Part shown: piece by piece, positions 1-12,742 of the stretch | Position numbering within the stretch: position 1 is the first letter of the stretch | How the letters are laid out: each line of letters begins with the position of its first letter | From: Nemertoderma westbladi | Taxonomy: Eukaryota; Animalia; Xenacoelomorpha | Direction of reading: 5' to 3' | Length of the DNA: 64,000 nucleotides | NCBI GenBank assembly: GCA_032718475.1 | Contig: JAUCBJ010001621.1 | Span: 31,492-95,491 of the forward strand | Notes under the pieces: model-generated | Told to the model about the DNA's origin: nothing | Databases searched by the model: none | What the model saw: only the letters and a program-made list of their open reading frames with translations | Position numbers and translations under genes: made by a program

Positions 1-3000
1 CAATCATTACTAACTGATTGGTGGAGTGCAGACAGCCTTAGTGCCAAACATTACAACCGATTAGTGGAGTGCAGACAGCCTTAGTGCCAATCATTACTAA
101 CCGATTAGTGGAGTGCAGACAACCTTAGTGCCAAACATTACTAACCGATAGGTTGAGTGCAGACAGCCTTAGTGCCAATCATTACTAACCGATTGGTGGA
201 GTGCAGACGTCCTTAGTGCCAAACATTACTAACCGATTGGAGGAATGCAGACAGCCTTAGTGCCAATCATTACTAACAGATAGGTTGAGTGCAGACAGCC
301 TTAGTGCCAATCATTACTAACCGATTGGTGGAGTGCAGATAGCCTTAGTGCCAATCATTACTAACAGATAGGTTGAGTGCAGACAGCCTTAGTGCCAATC
401 ATTACTAACTGATTGGTTGAGTGCAGACAGCCTTAGTGCCAATCATTACTAACCGATTGGTGGAGTGCAGACAGCCTTAGTGCCAATCATTACTAACTGA
501 TTGGTGGAGTGCAGACAGCCTTAGTGCCAAACATTACTAACCGATTGGTGGAGTGCAGACAGCCTTAGTGCCAATCATTACTAACTGATTGGTGGAGTGC
601 AGACAGCCTTAGTGCCAAACATTACAACCGATTAGTGGAGTGCAGACAGCCTTAGTGCCAATCATTACTAACCGATAAGTGGAGTGCAGACGTCCTTAGT
701 GCCAAACATTACTAACCGATAGGTTGAGTGCAGACAGCCTTACTGCCAATCATTACTAACTGATTGGTTGAGTGCAGACAGCCTTAGTGCCAATCATTAC
801 TAACTGATTGGTGGAGTGCAGACAGCCTTAGTGCCAAACATTACAACCGATTAGTGGAGTGCAGACAGCCTTAGTGCCAATCATTACTAACCGATAAGTG
901 GAGTGCAGACGTCCTTAGTGCCAATCATTACTAACTGATTGGTTGAGTGCAGACAGCCTTAGTGCCAAACATTACAACCGATTAGTGGAGTGCAGACAGC
1001 CTTAGTGCCAATCATTACTAACCGATAAGTGGAGTGCAGACGTCCTTAGTGCCAAACATTACTAACCGATAGGTTGAGTGCAGACAGCCTTACTGCCAAT
1101 CATTACTAACTGATTGGTGGAGTGCAGACGTCCTTAGTGCCAAACATTACTAACAGATAGGTTGAGAGCAGACAGCCTTAGTGCCAATCATTACTAACTG
1201 ATTGGTGGAGTGCAGACAGCCTTAGTGCCAAACATTACAACCGATTAGTGGAGTGCAGACAGCCTTAGTGCCAAACAATACTAACCGATTAGTGGAGTGC
1301 AGACAACCTTAGTGCCAAACATTAATAACCGATAAGTGGAGTGCAGACAGCCTTAGTGCCAATCATTACTAACCGATTGGTGGAGTGCAGACAGCCAATC
1401 ATTACTAACATATTGGTGGAGTGCAGACAGCCTTAGTGCCAAACATTACTAACCGATTAGTGGAGTGCAGACAGCCTTAGTGCTAATCATTACTAACCGA
1501 TTGGTGGAGTGCAGACAGCCTTAGTGCCAATCATTACAACCGATTAGTGGAGTGCAGACAGCCTTAGTGCCAATCATTACTAACCGATTAGTGGAGTGCA
1601 GACAGCCTTAGTGCCAATCATTACTAACCGATTGGTGGAGTGCAGACAGCCTTAGTGCCAATCATTACTAACCGATAAGTGGAGTGCAGACGTCCTTAGT
1701 GCCAAACATTACTAACCGATAGGTTGAGTGCAGACAGCCTTAGTGCCAATCATTACTAACCGATTGGTGGAGTGCAGACGTCCTTAGTGCCAAACATTAC
1801 TAACCGATTGGAGGAATGCAGACAGCCTTAGTGCCAATCATTACTAACAGATAGGTTGAGTGCAGACAGCCTTAGTGCCAATCATTACTAACCGATTGGT
1901 GGAGTGCAGACAGCCTTAGTGCCAATCATTACTAACAGATAGGTTGAGTGCAGACAGCCTTAGTGCCAATCATTACTAACTGATTGGTTGAGTGCAGACA
2001 GCCTTAGTGCCAATCATTACTAACCGATTGGTGGAGTGCAGACAGCCTTAGTGCCAATCATTACTAACTGATTGGTGGAGTGCAGACAGCCTTAGTGCCA
2101 AACATTACAACCGATTAGTGGAGTGCAGACAGCCTTAGTGCCAATCATTACTAACCGATAAGTGGAGTGCAGACGTCCTTAGTGCCAAACATTACTAACC
2201 GATAGGTTGAGTGCAGACAGCCTTACTGCCAATCATTACTAACTGATTGGTTGAGTGCAGACAGCCTTAGTGCCAATCATTACTAACTGATTGGTGGAGT
2301 GCAGACAGCCTTAGTGCCAAACATTACAACCGATTAGTGGAGTGCAGACAGCCTTAGTGCCAATCATTACTAACCGATAAGTGGAGTGCAGACGTCCTTA
2401 GTGCCAATCATTACTAACTGATTGGTTGAGTGCAGACAGCCTTAGTGCCAAACATTACAACCGATTAGTGGAGTGCAGACAGCCTTAGTGCCAATCATTA
2501 CTAACCGATAAGTGGAGTGCAGACGTCCTTAGTGCCAAACATTACTAACCGATAGGTTGAGTGCAGACAGCCTTACTGCCAATCATTACTAACTGATTGG
2601 TGGAGTGCAGACGTCCTTAGTGCCAAACATTACTAACAGATAGGTTGAGAGCAGACAGCCTTAGTGCCAATCATTACTAACTGATTGGTGGAGTGCAGAC
2701 AGCCTTAGTGCCAAACATTACAACCGATTAGTGGAGTGCAGACAGCCTTAGTGCCAAACAATACTAACCGATTAGTGGAGTGCAGACAACCTTAGTGCCA
2801 AACATTAATAACCGATAAGTGGAGTGCAGACAACCTTAGTGCCAAACATTAATAACCGATAAGTGGAGTGCAGACAGCCTTAGTGCCAATCATTACTATT
2901 CGATTAGTGGAGTGCAGACAACCTTAGTGCCAATCCTTACTAACCGATTAGTGGAGTGCAGACAGCCTTAGCGCCAATCATTACTAATCGATAAATGGAG

Positions 3001-4756
3001 TGCAGACAGCCAAAGTGCCAATCATTACTATTCGATTGGTGGAGTGCAGACAGCTTTAGTGCCAATCATTACTAACCGATTAGTGGAGTGCAGACAGCCT
3101 TAGTGCCAATCATTACTAACCGATTGGTGGAGTGCAGACAGCCTTAGTGCCAATCATTACTATTCGATTAGTGGAGTGCAGACAGCCTTAGTGCCAATCC
3201 TTACTAACCGATTAGTGGAGTGCAGACAGCCTTAGTGCCAATCATTACTAACCGATAAGTGGAGTGCAGACAGCCTTAGTGCCAATCATTACTAACCGAT
3301 TGATGGAGTGCAGAAAGCCTTAGTGCCAATCAATACTATTCGATTAGTGGAGTGCAGACAACCTTAGTGCCAATCCTTACTAACCGATTAGTGGAGTGCA
3401 GACAGCCTTAGCGCCAATCATTACTAATCGATAAATGGAGTGCAGACAGCCAAAGTGCCAATCATTACTATTCGATTGGTGGAGTGCAGACAGCTTTAGT
3501 GCCAATCATTACTAACCGATTAGTGGAGTGCAGACAGCCTTAGTGCCAATCATTACTAACCGATTGGTGGAGTGCAGACAGCCTTAGTGCCAATCATTAC
3601 TATTCGATTAGTGGAGTGCAGACAACCTTAGTGCCAATCCTTACTAACCGATTAGTGGAGTGCAGACAGCCTTAGCGCCAATCATTACTAATCGATAAAT
3701 GGAGTGCAGACAGCCTTAGTGCCAATCATTACTAACCGATTAGTGGAGTGCAGACAGCCTTAGTGCCAATCATTACTATTCGATTTAGTGGAGTGCAGAC
3801 AACCTTAGTGCCAATCCTTACTAACCGATTAGTGGAGTGCAGACAGCCTTAGCGCCAATCATTACTAATCGATAAATGGAGTGCAGACAGCCTTAGTGCC
3901 AATCATTACTATTCGATTAGTGGAGTGCAGACAGCCTTAGTGCCAATCATTACTAACCGATAAGTGGAGTGCAGACAGCCTTAGCGCCAATCATTACTAA
4001 TCGATAAATGGAGTGCAGACAGCCAAAGTGCCAATCATTACTATTCGATTGGTGGAGTGCAGACAGCTTTAGTGCCAATCATTACTAACCGATTAGTGGA
4101 GTGCAGACAGCCTTAGTGCCAATCATTACTAACCGATTGGTGGAGTGCAGACAGCCTTAGTCCCAATCATTACTATTCGATTAGTGGAGTGCAGACAACC
4201 TTAGTGCCAATCCTTACTAACCGATTAGTGGAGTGCAGACAGCCTTAGCGCCAATCATTACTAATCGATAAATGGAGTGCAGACAGCCTTAGTGCCAATC
4301 ATTACTATTCGATTAGTGGAGTGCAGACAGCCTTAGTGCCAATCATTACTAACCGATAAGTGGAGTGCAGACAGCCTTAGCGCCAATCATTACTAATCGA
4401 TAAATGGAGTGCAGACAGCCAAAGTGCCAATCATTACTATTCGATTGGTGGAGTGCAGACAGCTTTAGTGCCAATCATTACTAACCGATTAGTGGAGTGC
4501 AGACAGCCTTAGTGCCAATCATTACTAACCGATTGGTGGAGTGCAGACAGCCTTAGTGCCAATCATTACTAACCGATAAGTGGAGTGCAGACAGCCTTAG
4601 TGCCAATCATTACTAACCGATTGGTGGAGTGCAGACAGCCTTAGTGCCAATCATTACTAACCGATAAGTGGAGTGCAGACAGCCTTAGTGCCAATCATTA
4701 CTAACCGATTGGTGGAGTGCAGACAGCCTTAGTGCCAGACATTACTAACCGTTTGG
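1..4756. repeat. 44-bp tandem satellite (consensus CAATCATTACTAACCGATTGGTGGAGTGCAGACAGCCTTAGTGC), about 108 copies, continues past window start
   Basis: Units of 43-44 bp read directly; variation is limited to point substitutions and small indels, with no unique spacers. Confidence 0.97.
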
Positions 4757-4841
4757 CAAACCCCAGATGGACAGTTTGGAACGGGAATGTTCAAACTTTA
4801 AATGAAAAATTGCCTTGAGAATGACTTGACTTTTCCGATTC
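4750..4841 (-). CDS. Candidate internal exon (NRKSQVILKAIFHLKFEHSRSKLSIWGLPN), possibly of the EF-hand gene
   Basis: Minus-strand ttttattaatttAG acceptor and CG|GTTAGT donor, one open frame; phase does not join directly to the 5722-5907 exon. Confidence 0.35.
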
Positions 4842-5402
4842 CTAAATTAATAAAATTATACTCGCCCCCTTAATTTTCATCAAAATTTGGATTCGGTACC
4901 GGTAATTTAGGGATCGTTTGAAAGTTTTTTTTGAAGATCTTGAAAAACTCTCTAGAAATTTAAATTTTATTAACATTTTATTCCCAATTTTAATGAATTG
5001 AATTAAATAAAAAGAATTTGTTTAACCTAAATCTGTAAAAAAAATCATCTGAAGGGTTTTTGTAGACTATGACATGTAACTACCGCTAAATGGTCGAAAT
5101 CGATTTGCGGCAATCCCCCTCCCTATTAATTGTCTAAAATATTGACAGCTGATAAATTTTTTGATAGGATATTTTGTGGTTCCGTTTCAATATAGTGTTG
5201 CATGTTGACATAGACGAAGTTCCGTTACATCTACCGGAAGATTCTAAGTCGATTTGTATGTATGGCGTTACATACATACATTTGTATGTATGGCGTACTA
5301 ATATGGCGTTTTCATAATGTCATTTTGAAAGTTTTCCGTCTAACTATGTTTGGTAGCTTTAGTTACCTAAGTAAATTAGAGCCCGTTTCGCAAATTAGCA
5401 TT

Positions 5403-5622
5403 GTGGGGCGAGCCACGAGTCACTAAGTGAGCCTTAGTGTAGAAGCTTTAGTGTATAAAAAGTGGACCAATTGTCGAGATCTTTGGAAGTGCTTGACCGC
5501 TAATAAGTCTGACAATCGTTAACGCAATGGAATCAAACTTGTTACATTATACACATGTACCGCTAGTACCAAAAGTTTATAAATTTTACACTTAGGCAGT
5601 CTTCTATGCGCGAAGTCCCCAC
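5403..5622 (+). mobile_element. Short HINE/Helentron-like non-autonomous element
   Basis: Begins GTGGGGCGAGCCACGA...GCCTTAG and ends GCGCGAAGTCCCCAC, the same termini as the copies at 5994 and 23744. Confidence 0.55.
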
Positions 5623-5721
5623 GGACATGTACTTGACTGCTACTCGGACTCGGTGCGAAGTCCCCAAGGAAATGTACGTGACTGCTAAAAGAGTCGCTAC
5701 CGGTACTAGAAAGTAACTTAC

Positions 5722-5907
5722 TTGTTCTGCTTCCTTTTCTGTCATATGGAATTCTTCCATGAACATTTTAATCGCTTCCTTTTTGGTGATCTTTGTATCC
5801 CCGGGTTTTTTAACATGTTTCTTAAACATTTCCACCGCAACCATTTCGGGCGACGCAGCGGCTAAGGGCTTTGTTTCTTCAACATCCTCATCATCCAACC
5901 AAGACAT
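5722..5907 (-). CDS. First coding exon of a probable EF-hand calcium-binding protein (MSWLDDED...FKKHVKKPGDTKITKKEAIKMFMEEFHMTEKEAEQ)
   Basis: ATG start; EF-hand-like helix-loop-helix (F-KK...GDTKITKKEAIKMF); strong CAA|GTAAGT donor at 5721; the ORF-track sequence after EAEQ is intronic. Confidence 0.65.
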
Positions 5908-5993
5908 GGTAATATAGTTTTATTGTTAAGCCAACCAATGGGCGTTTGAGTTAGAGCTCACACAAATTATGTTTATAATAGGCGCCCTATAAG

Positions 5994-6335
5994 GTAGGGC
6001 GAGCCATGAAGTGAGCAAAGCCTTAGCATATGGATGCCATTGGCGAGTAGTCTGTCGTCGCTGGCTGTCGTCGTCGTCTGTCGTCGTCGTCGTCGTAAAT
6101 TTTTGATCGCTAATAATTCAGTTATTCCTTAATGATAATAAACGAAACTTGGTATGTATGTAGTCCGACAAAAGTTTAGAAAGAATCTGAAGTTTGGTCA
6201 AAAACAAACGAACGCAACAAGGCACAAGAGGAGGACGAATATTGAGTTGAAGACTTTTGACTAACGGAAGACAACTCGTTAATGGTGCCCATATGTTAAA
6301 GTCTTTGCTCACTAAGTGCTGCGCGAAGGCCCCAC
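5994..6335 (+). mobile_element. HINE/Helentron-like non-autonomous element
   Basis: GGGCGAGCCATGAAG...GCCTTAG head, (GTC)n microsatellite at about 6050-6095, GCTGCGCGAAGGCCCCAC end. Confidence 0.6.
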
Positions 6336-6569
6336 GAACGTGTATTACCGTTATACAGTATTATATAAACAAAGAAACATTATACAGTTGCGAAGAATAC
6401 TATTTCTGAATTGTGGAATTACTCTTACATCGATAAAAAAGGTTTTTCACTGACCCCCAGTGTAATTAATGTTGAAGTTCAAGATTTCATCAGTTCATAA
6501 GAGTAAGGGCATAACCGGTAGTATTTCATGTAATACCGGTAAGTATTTTTATTCTACAAAATTGCCTCA

Positions 6570-9500
6570 TTTTTTCACCTCCCCCCATTACATTTTCACC
6601 TCCCTTCATTACCTTTTCACCTCCCCTCATTACAATTTCACCTCCCCTCATTACCTTTTCACCTCCCCTCATTACCTGTTCACTTCCCCTCATTATCTTT
6701 TCACCTCCCCTCATTAACTTTTCACCTCCCCTCATTACCTTTTCTCCTCCCCTCATTACCTTTTCTCCTCCCCTCATTACCTTTTCACCCCCCCTCATTA
6801 CCATTCCCCCTCCCCTCATTACCATCTCACCCCCCCCCCCCTCATTACCTTTTCACCTCCCTTCATTACCTTTTCTCGTCCCCTCATTACCTTTTCACCT
6901 CCCCTCATTACCATTTCACCCCCCCTCATTACCTTTTCACCTCCCCCCATTACCTTTTCTCGTTCCCTCATTACCTTTTCACCTCCCCTCATTACCATTT
7001 CACCCCCCCTCATTACCTTTTCACCTCCCCTCATTACCTTTTCACCTCCCCTCATTACCTTTTCTCCTCCCCTCATTACCTTTTCACCTCCCCTCATTAC
7101 CTTTTCACCTCCCCTCATTACCTTTTCACCTCCCCTCATTACCATTTCACCCCCCCTCCTTACCTTTTCACCTCCCCTCATTACCTGTTCACTTCCCCTC
7201 ATTATCTTTTCACCTCCCCTCATTAACTTTTCACCTCCCCTCATTACCTTTTCTCCTCCCCTCATTACCTTTTCTCCTCCCCTCATTACCTTTTCACCCC
7301 CCCTCATTACCATTCCCCCTCCCCTCATTACCATCTCACCCCCCCCCCCCTCATTACCTTTTCACCTCCCTTCATTACCTTTTCTCGTCCCCTCATTACC
7401 TTTTCACCTCCCCTCATTACCATTTCACCCCCCCTCATTACCTTTTCACCTCCCCCCATTACCTTTTCTCGTTCCCTCATTACCTTTTCACCTCCCCTCA
7501 TTACCATTTCACCCCCCCTCATTACCATTTCACCCCCCCTCATTACCTTTTCTCCTCCCCTCATTACCTTTTCACCTCCCCTCATTACCTTTTCACCTCC
7601 CCTCATTACCTTTTCTCCTCCCCTCATTACCTTTTCACCTCCCCTCATTACCATTTCACCCCCCCTCATTACCTTTTCACCTCCCCCCATTACCTTTTCT
7701 CGTTCCCTCATTACCTTTTCACCTCCCCTCATTACCATTTCACCCCCCCTCCTTACCTTTTCACCTCCCCTCATTACCTGTTCACTTCCCCTCATTATCT
7801 TTTCACCTCCCCTCATTAACTTTTCACCTCCCCTCATTACCTTTTCTCCTCCCCTCATTACCTTTTCTCCTCCCCTCATTACCTTTTCACCCCCCCTCAT
7901 TACCATTCCCCCTCCCCTCATTACCATCTCACCCCCCCCCCCTCATTACCTTTTCACCTCCCTTCATTACCTTTTCTCGTCCCCTCATTACCTTTTCACC
8001 TCCCCTCATTACCATTTCACCCCCCCTCATTACCTTTTCACCTCCCCCCATTACCTTTTCTCGTTCCCTCATTACCTTTTCACCTCCCCTCATTACCATT
8101 TCACCCCCCCTCATTACCTTTTCACCTCCCCTCATTACCTTTTCACCTCCCCTCATTACCTTTTCACCTCCCCTCATTACCTTTTCACCTCCCCTCATTA
8201 CCTTTTCACCTCCCCTCATTACCTTTTCACCTCCCCTCATTACCTTTTCACCTCCCCTCATTACCTTTTCACCTCCCCTCATTACCTTTTCACCTCCCCT
8301 CATTACCTTTTCACCTCCCCTCATTACCTTTTCACCTCCCCTCATTACCTTTTCACCTCCCCTCATTACCTTTTCACCTCCCCTCATTACCTTTTCACCT
8401 CCCCTCATTACCTTTTCACCCCCCTCATTACCTTTTCACCTCCCCTCATTACCTTTTCACCTCCCCTCATTACCTTTTCACCTCCCCTCATTACCTTTTC
8501 ACCTCCCCTCATTACCTTTTCACCTCCCCTCATTACCTTTTCACCTCCCCTCATTACCTTTTCACCTCCCCTCATTACCTTTTCACCTCCCCTCATTACC
8601 TTTTCACCCTCCCCTCATTACCTTTTCACCTCCCCTCATTACCTTTTCACCTCCCCTCATTACCTTTTCACCTCCCCTCATTACCTTTTCACCTCCCCTC
8701 ATTACCTTTTCACCTCCCCTCATTACCTTTTCACCTCCCCTCATTACCTTTTCACCTCCCCTCATTACCTTTTCACCTCCCCTCATTACCTTTTCACCTC
8801 CCCTCATTACCTTTTCACCTCCCCTCATTACCTTTTCACCTCCCCTCATTACCTTTTCACCTCCCCTCATTACCTTTTCACCTCCCCTCATTACCTTTTC
8901 ACCCCCCCTCATTACCTTTTCACCTCCCCTCATTACCTTTTCACCTCCCCTCATTACCTTTTCACCTCCCCTCATTACCTTTTCACCTCCCCTCATTACC
9001 TTTTCACCTCCCCTCATTACCTTTTCACCTCCCCTCATTACCTTTTCACCTCCCCTCATTACCTTTTCACCTCCCCTCATTACCTTTTCACCTCCCCTCA
9101 TTACCTTTTCACCTCCCCTCATTACCTTTTCACCTCCCCTCATTACCTTTTCACCTCCCCTCATTACCTTTTCACCTCCCCTCATTACCTTTTCACCTCC
9201 CCTCATTACCTTTTCACCTCCCCTCATTACCTTTTCACCTCCCCTCATTACCTTTTCACCTCCCCTCATTACCTTTTCACCTCCCCTCATTACCTTTTCA
9301 CCTCCCCTCATTACCTTTTCACCTCCCCTCATTACCTTTTCACCTCCCCTCATTACCTTTTCACCTCCCCTCATTACCTTTTCACCTCCCCTCATTACCT
9401 TTTCACCTCCCCTCATTACCTTTTCACCTCCCCTCATTACCTTTTCACCTCCCCTCATTACCTTTTCACCTCCCCTCATTACCTTTTCACCTCCCCTCAT

Positions 9501-12500
9501 TACCTTTTCACCTCCCCTCATTACCTTTTCACCTCCCCTCATTACCTTTTCACCTCCCCTCATTACCTTTTCACCTCCCCTCATTACCTTTTCACCTCCC
9601 CTCATTACCTTTTCACCTCCCCTCATTACCTTTTCACCTCCCCTCATTACCTTTTCACCTCCCCTCATTACCTTTTCACCTCCCCTCATTACCTTTTCAC
9701 CTCCCCTCATTACCTTTTCACCTCCCCTCATTACCTTTTCACCTCCCCTCATTACCTTTTCACCTCCCCTCATTACCTTTTCACCTCCCCTCATTACCTT
9801 TTCACCTCCCCTCATTACCTTTTCACCTCCCCTCATTACCTTTTCACCTCCCCTCATTACCTTTTCACCTCCCCTCATTACCTTTTCACCTCCCCTCATT
9901 ACCTTTTCACCTCCCCTCATACCTTTTACCTCCCTCATTACCTTTTCACCTCCCCTCATTACCTTTTCACCTCCCCTCATTACCTTTTCACCTCCCCTCA
10001 TTACCTTTTCACCTCCCCTCATTACCTTTTCACCTCCCCTCATTACCTTTTCACCTCCCCTCATTACCTTTTCACCTCCCCCTCATTACCTTTTCACCTC
10101 CCCTCATTACCTTTTCACCTCCCCTCATTACCTTTTCACCTCCCCTCATTACCTTTTCACCTCCCCTCATTACCTTTTCACCTCCCCTCATTACCTTTTC
10201 ACCTCCCCTCATTACCTTTTCACCTCCCCTCATTACCTTTTCACCTCCCCTCATTACCTTTTCACCTCCCCTCATTACCTTTTCACCCCCCCCCATTACC
10301 TTTTCACCTCCCCTCATTACCTTTTCACCTCCCCTCATTACCTTTTCACCTCCCCTCATTACCTTTTCACCTCCCCTCATTACCTTTTCACCTCCCCTCA
10401 TTACCTTTTCACCTCCCCTCATTACCTTTTCACCTCCCCTCATTACCTTTTCACCTCCCCTCATTACCTTTTCACCTCCCCTCATTACCTTTTCACCTCC
10501 CCTCATTACCTTTTCACCTCCCCTCATTACCTTTTCACCTCCCCTCATTACCTTTTCACCTCCCCTCATTACCTTTTCACCTCCCCTCATTACCTTTTCA
10601 CCTCCCCTCATTACCTTTTCACCCCCCCCTCAGTTACCTTTTCACCTCCCCTCATTACCTTTTCACCTCCCCTCATTACCTTTTCACCTCCCCTCATTAC
10701 CTTTTCACCTCCCCTCATTACCTTTTCACCTCCCCTCATTACCTTTTCACCTCCCCTCATTACCTTTTCACCTCCCCTCATTACCTTTTCACCTCCCCTC
10801 ATTACCTTTTCACCTCCCCTCATTACCTTTTCACCTCCCCTCATTACCTTTTCACCTCCCCTCATTACCTTTTCACCTCCCCTCATTACCTTTTCACCTC
10901 CCCTCATTACCTTTTCACCCCCCCTCATTACCTTTTCACCTCCCCTCATTACCTTTTCACCTCCCCTCATTACCTTTTCACCTCCCCTCATTACCTTTTC
11001 ACCTCCCCTCATTACCTTTTCACCTCCCCTCATTACCTTTTCACCTCCCCTCATTACCTTTTCACCTCCCCTCATTACCTTTTCACCCCCCCCCCCCGTT
11101 ACCTTTTCACCTCCCCTCATTACCTTTTCACCTCCCCTCATTACCTTTTCACCCCCCCCCTCAGTTACCTTTTCACCTCCCCTCATTACCTTTTCACCTC
11201 CTCTCATTACCTTTTCACCTCCCCTCATTACCTTTTCACCTCCCCTCATTACCTTTTCACCTCCCCTCATTACCTTTTCACCTCCCCTCATTACCTTTTC
11301 ACCTCCCCTCATTACCTTTTCACCTCCCCTCATTACCTTTTCACCCCCATCATTACCTTTTCACCTCCCCTCATTACCTTTTCACCTCCCCTCATTACCT
11401 TTTCACCTCCCCTCATTACCTTTTCACCTCCCCTCATTACCTTTTCACCTCCCCTCATTACCTTTTCACCTCCCCTCATTACCTTTTCACCTCCCCTCAT
11501 TACCTTTTCACCTCCCCTCATTACCTTTTCACCTCCCCTCATTACCTTTTCACCTCCCCTCATTACCTTTTCACCTCCCCTCATTACCTTTTCACCTCCC
11601 CTCATTACCTTTTCACCTCCCCTCATTACCTTTTCACCTCCCCTCATTACCTTTTCACCTCCCCTCATTACCTTTTCACCTCCCCTCATTACCTTTTCAC
11701 CTCCCCTCATTACCTTTTCACCTCCCCTCATTACCTTTTCACCTCCCCTCATTACCTTTTCACCTCCCCTCATTACCTTTTCACCTCCCCTCACAACCTT
11801 TTCACCTCCCCTCATTACCTTTTCACCTCCCCTCCTTACCTTTTCACCTCCCCTCATTACCTTTTCACCTCCCTTCACTACCTTTTCACCTCCCCTCATT
11901 ACCTTTTCACCTCCCCTCATTACCTTTTCACCTCCCCTCCTTACCTTTTCACCTCCCCTCATTACCTTTTCACCTCCCCTCATTACCTTTTCACCTCCCC
12001 TCATTACCTTTTCACCTCCCCTCATTACCTTTTCACCTCCCCTCATTACCTTTTCACCTCCCTTCATTACCTTTTCACCTCCCCTCATTACCTTTTCACC
12101 TCCCCTCATTACATTTTCACCTCCGTTCATTACCTTTTCACCTCCCCTCATTACCTTTTCACCTCTCCTCATTACCTTTTCACCTCCCTTCATTACCTTT
12201 TCACCTCCCCTCATTACATTTTCACCTCCCCTCATTACCTTTCCACCCCCCCCCCCCGTTACCTTTTCACCTCCCCCCATTACCTTTTCACCTCCCTTCA
12301 TTACCTTTTCACCTCCCCTCATTACCTTTTCACCTCCCCTCATTACATTTTCACCTCCCTTCACAACCTTTTCACCTCCCCTCATTACCTTTTCACCTCC
12401 CCTCCTTACCTTTTCACCTCCCCTCATTACATTTTCACCTCCCTTCACAACCTTTTCACCTCCCCTCATTACCTTTTCACCTCCCCTCATTACCTTTTCA

Positions 12501-12742
12501 CCTCCCCTCCTTACCTTTTCACCTCCCCTCATTACATTTTCACCTCCCTTCACAACCTTTTCACCTCCCCTCATTACCTTTTCACCTCCCATCATTACCT
12601 TTTCACCTCCCCTCATTACCTTTCCCCCTCCCCCCATTACCTTTTCTCCTCCCCTCATTACCTTTTCACCTCCCCTCATTACCTTTTCACCTCCCCTCAT
12701 TACCTTTTCACCTCCCCTCATTACCTTTTCACCTCCCCTCAT
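6570..12742. repeat. 21-bp satellite (CATTACCTTTTCACCTCCCCT)n, about 290 copies
   Basis: Read directly; near-perfect core with diverged edges; source of the spurious MRGGEKV ORFs. Confidence 0.98.

Noticed and set aside
1-4756. CRISPR-like array
   Set aside because: No unique spacers, no cas genes, eukaryotic context; it is a satellite
5563-5721. C-terminal part of the 114-aa ORF
   Set aside because: Lies beyond a strong GTAAGT donor and overlaps a repeat end, so intronic
6526-12742. MRGGEKV-repeat protein gene
   Set aside because: Stop-free frame follows from a 21-bp unit; many frameshifts and no synonymous divergence
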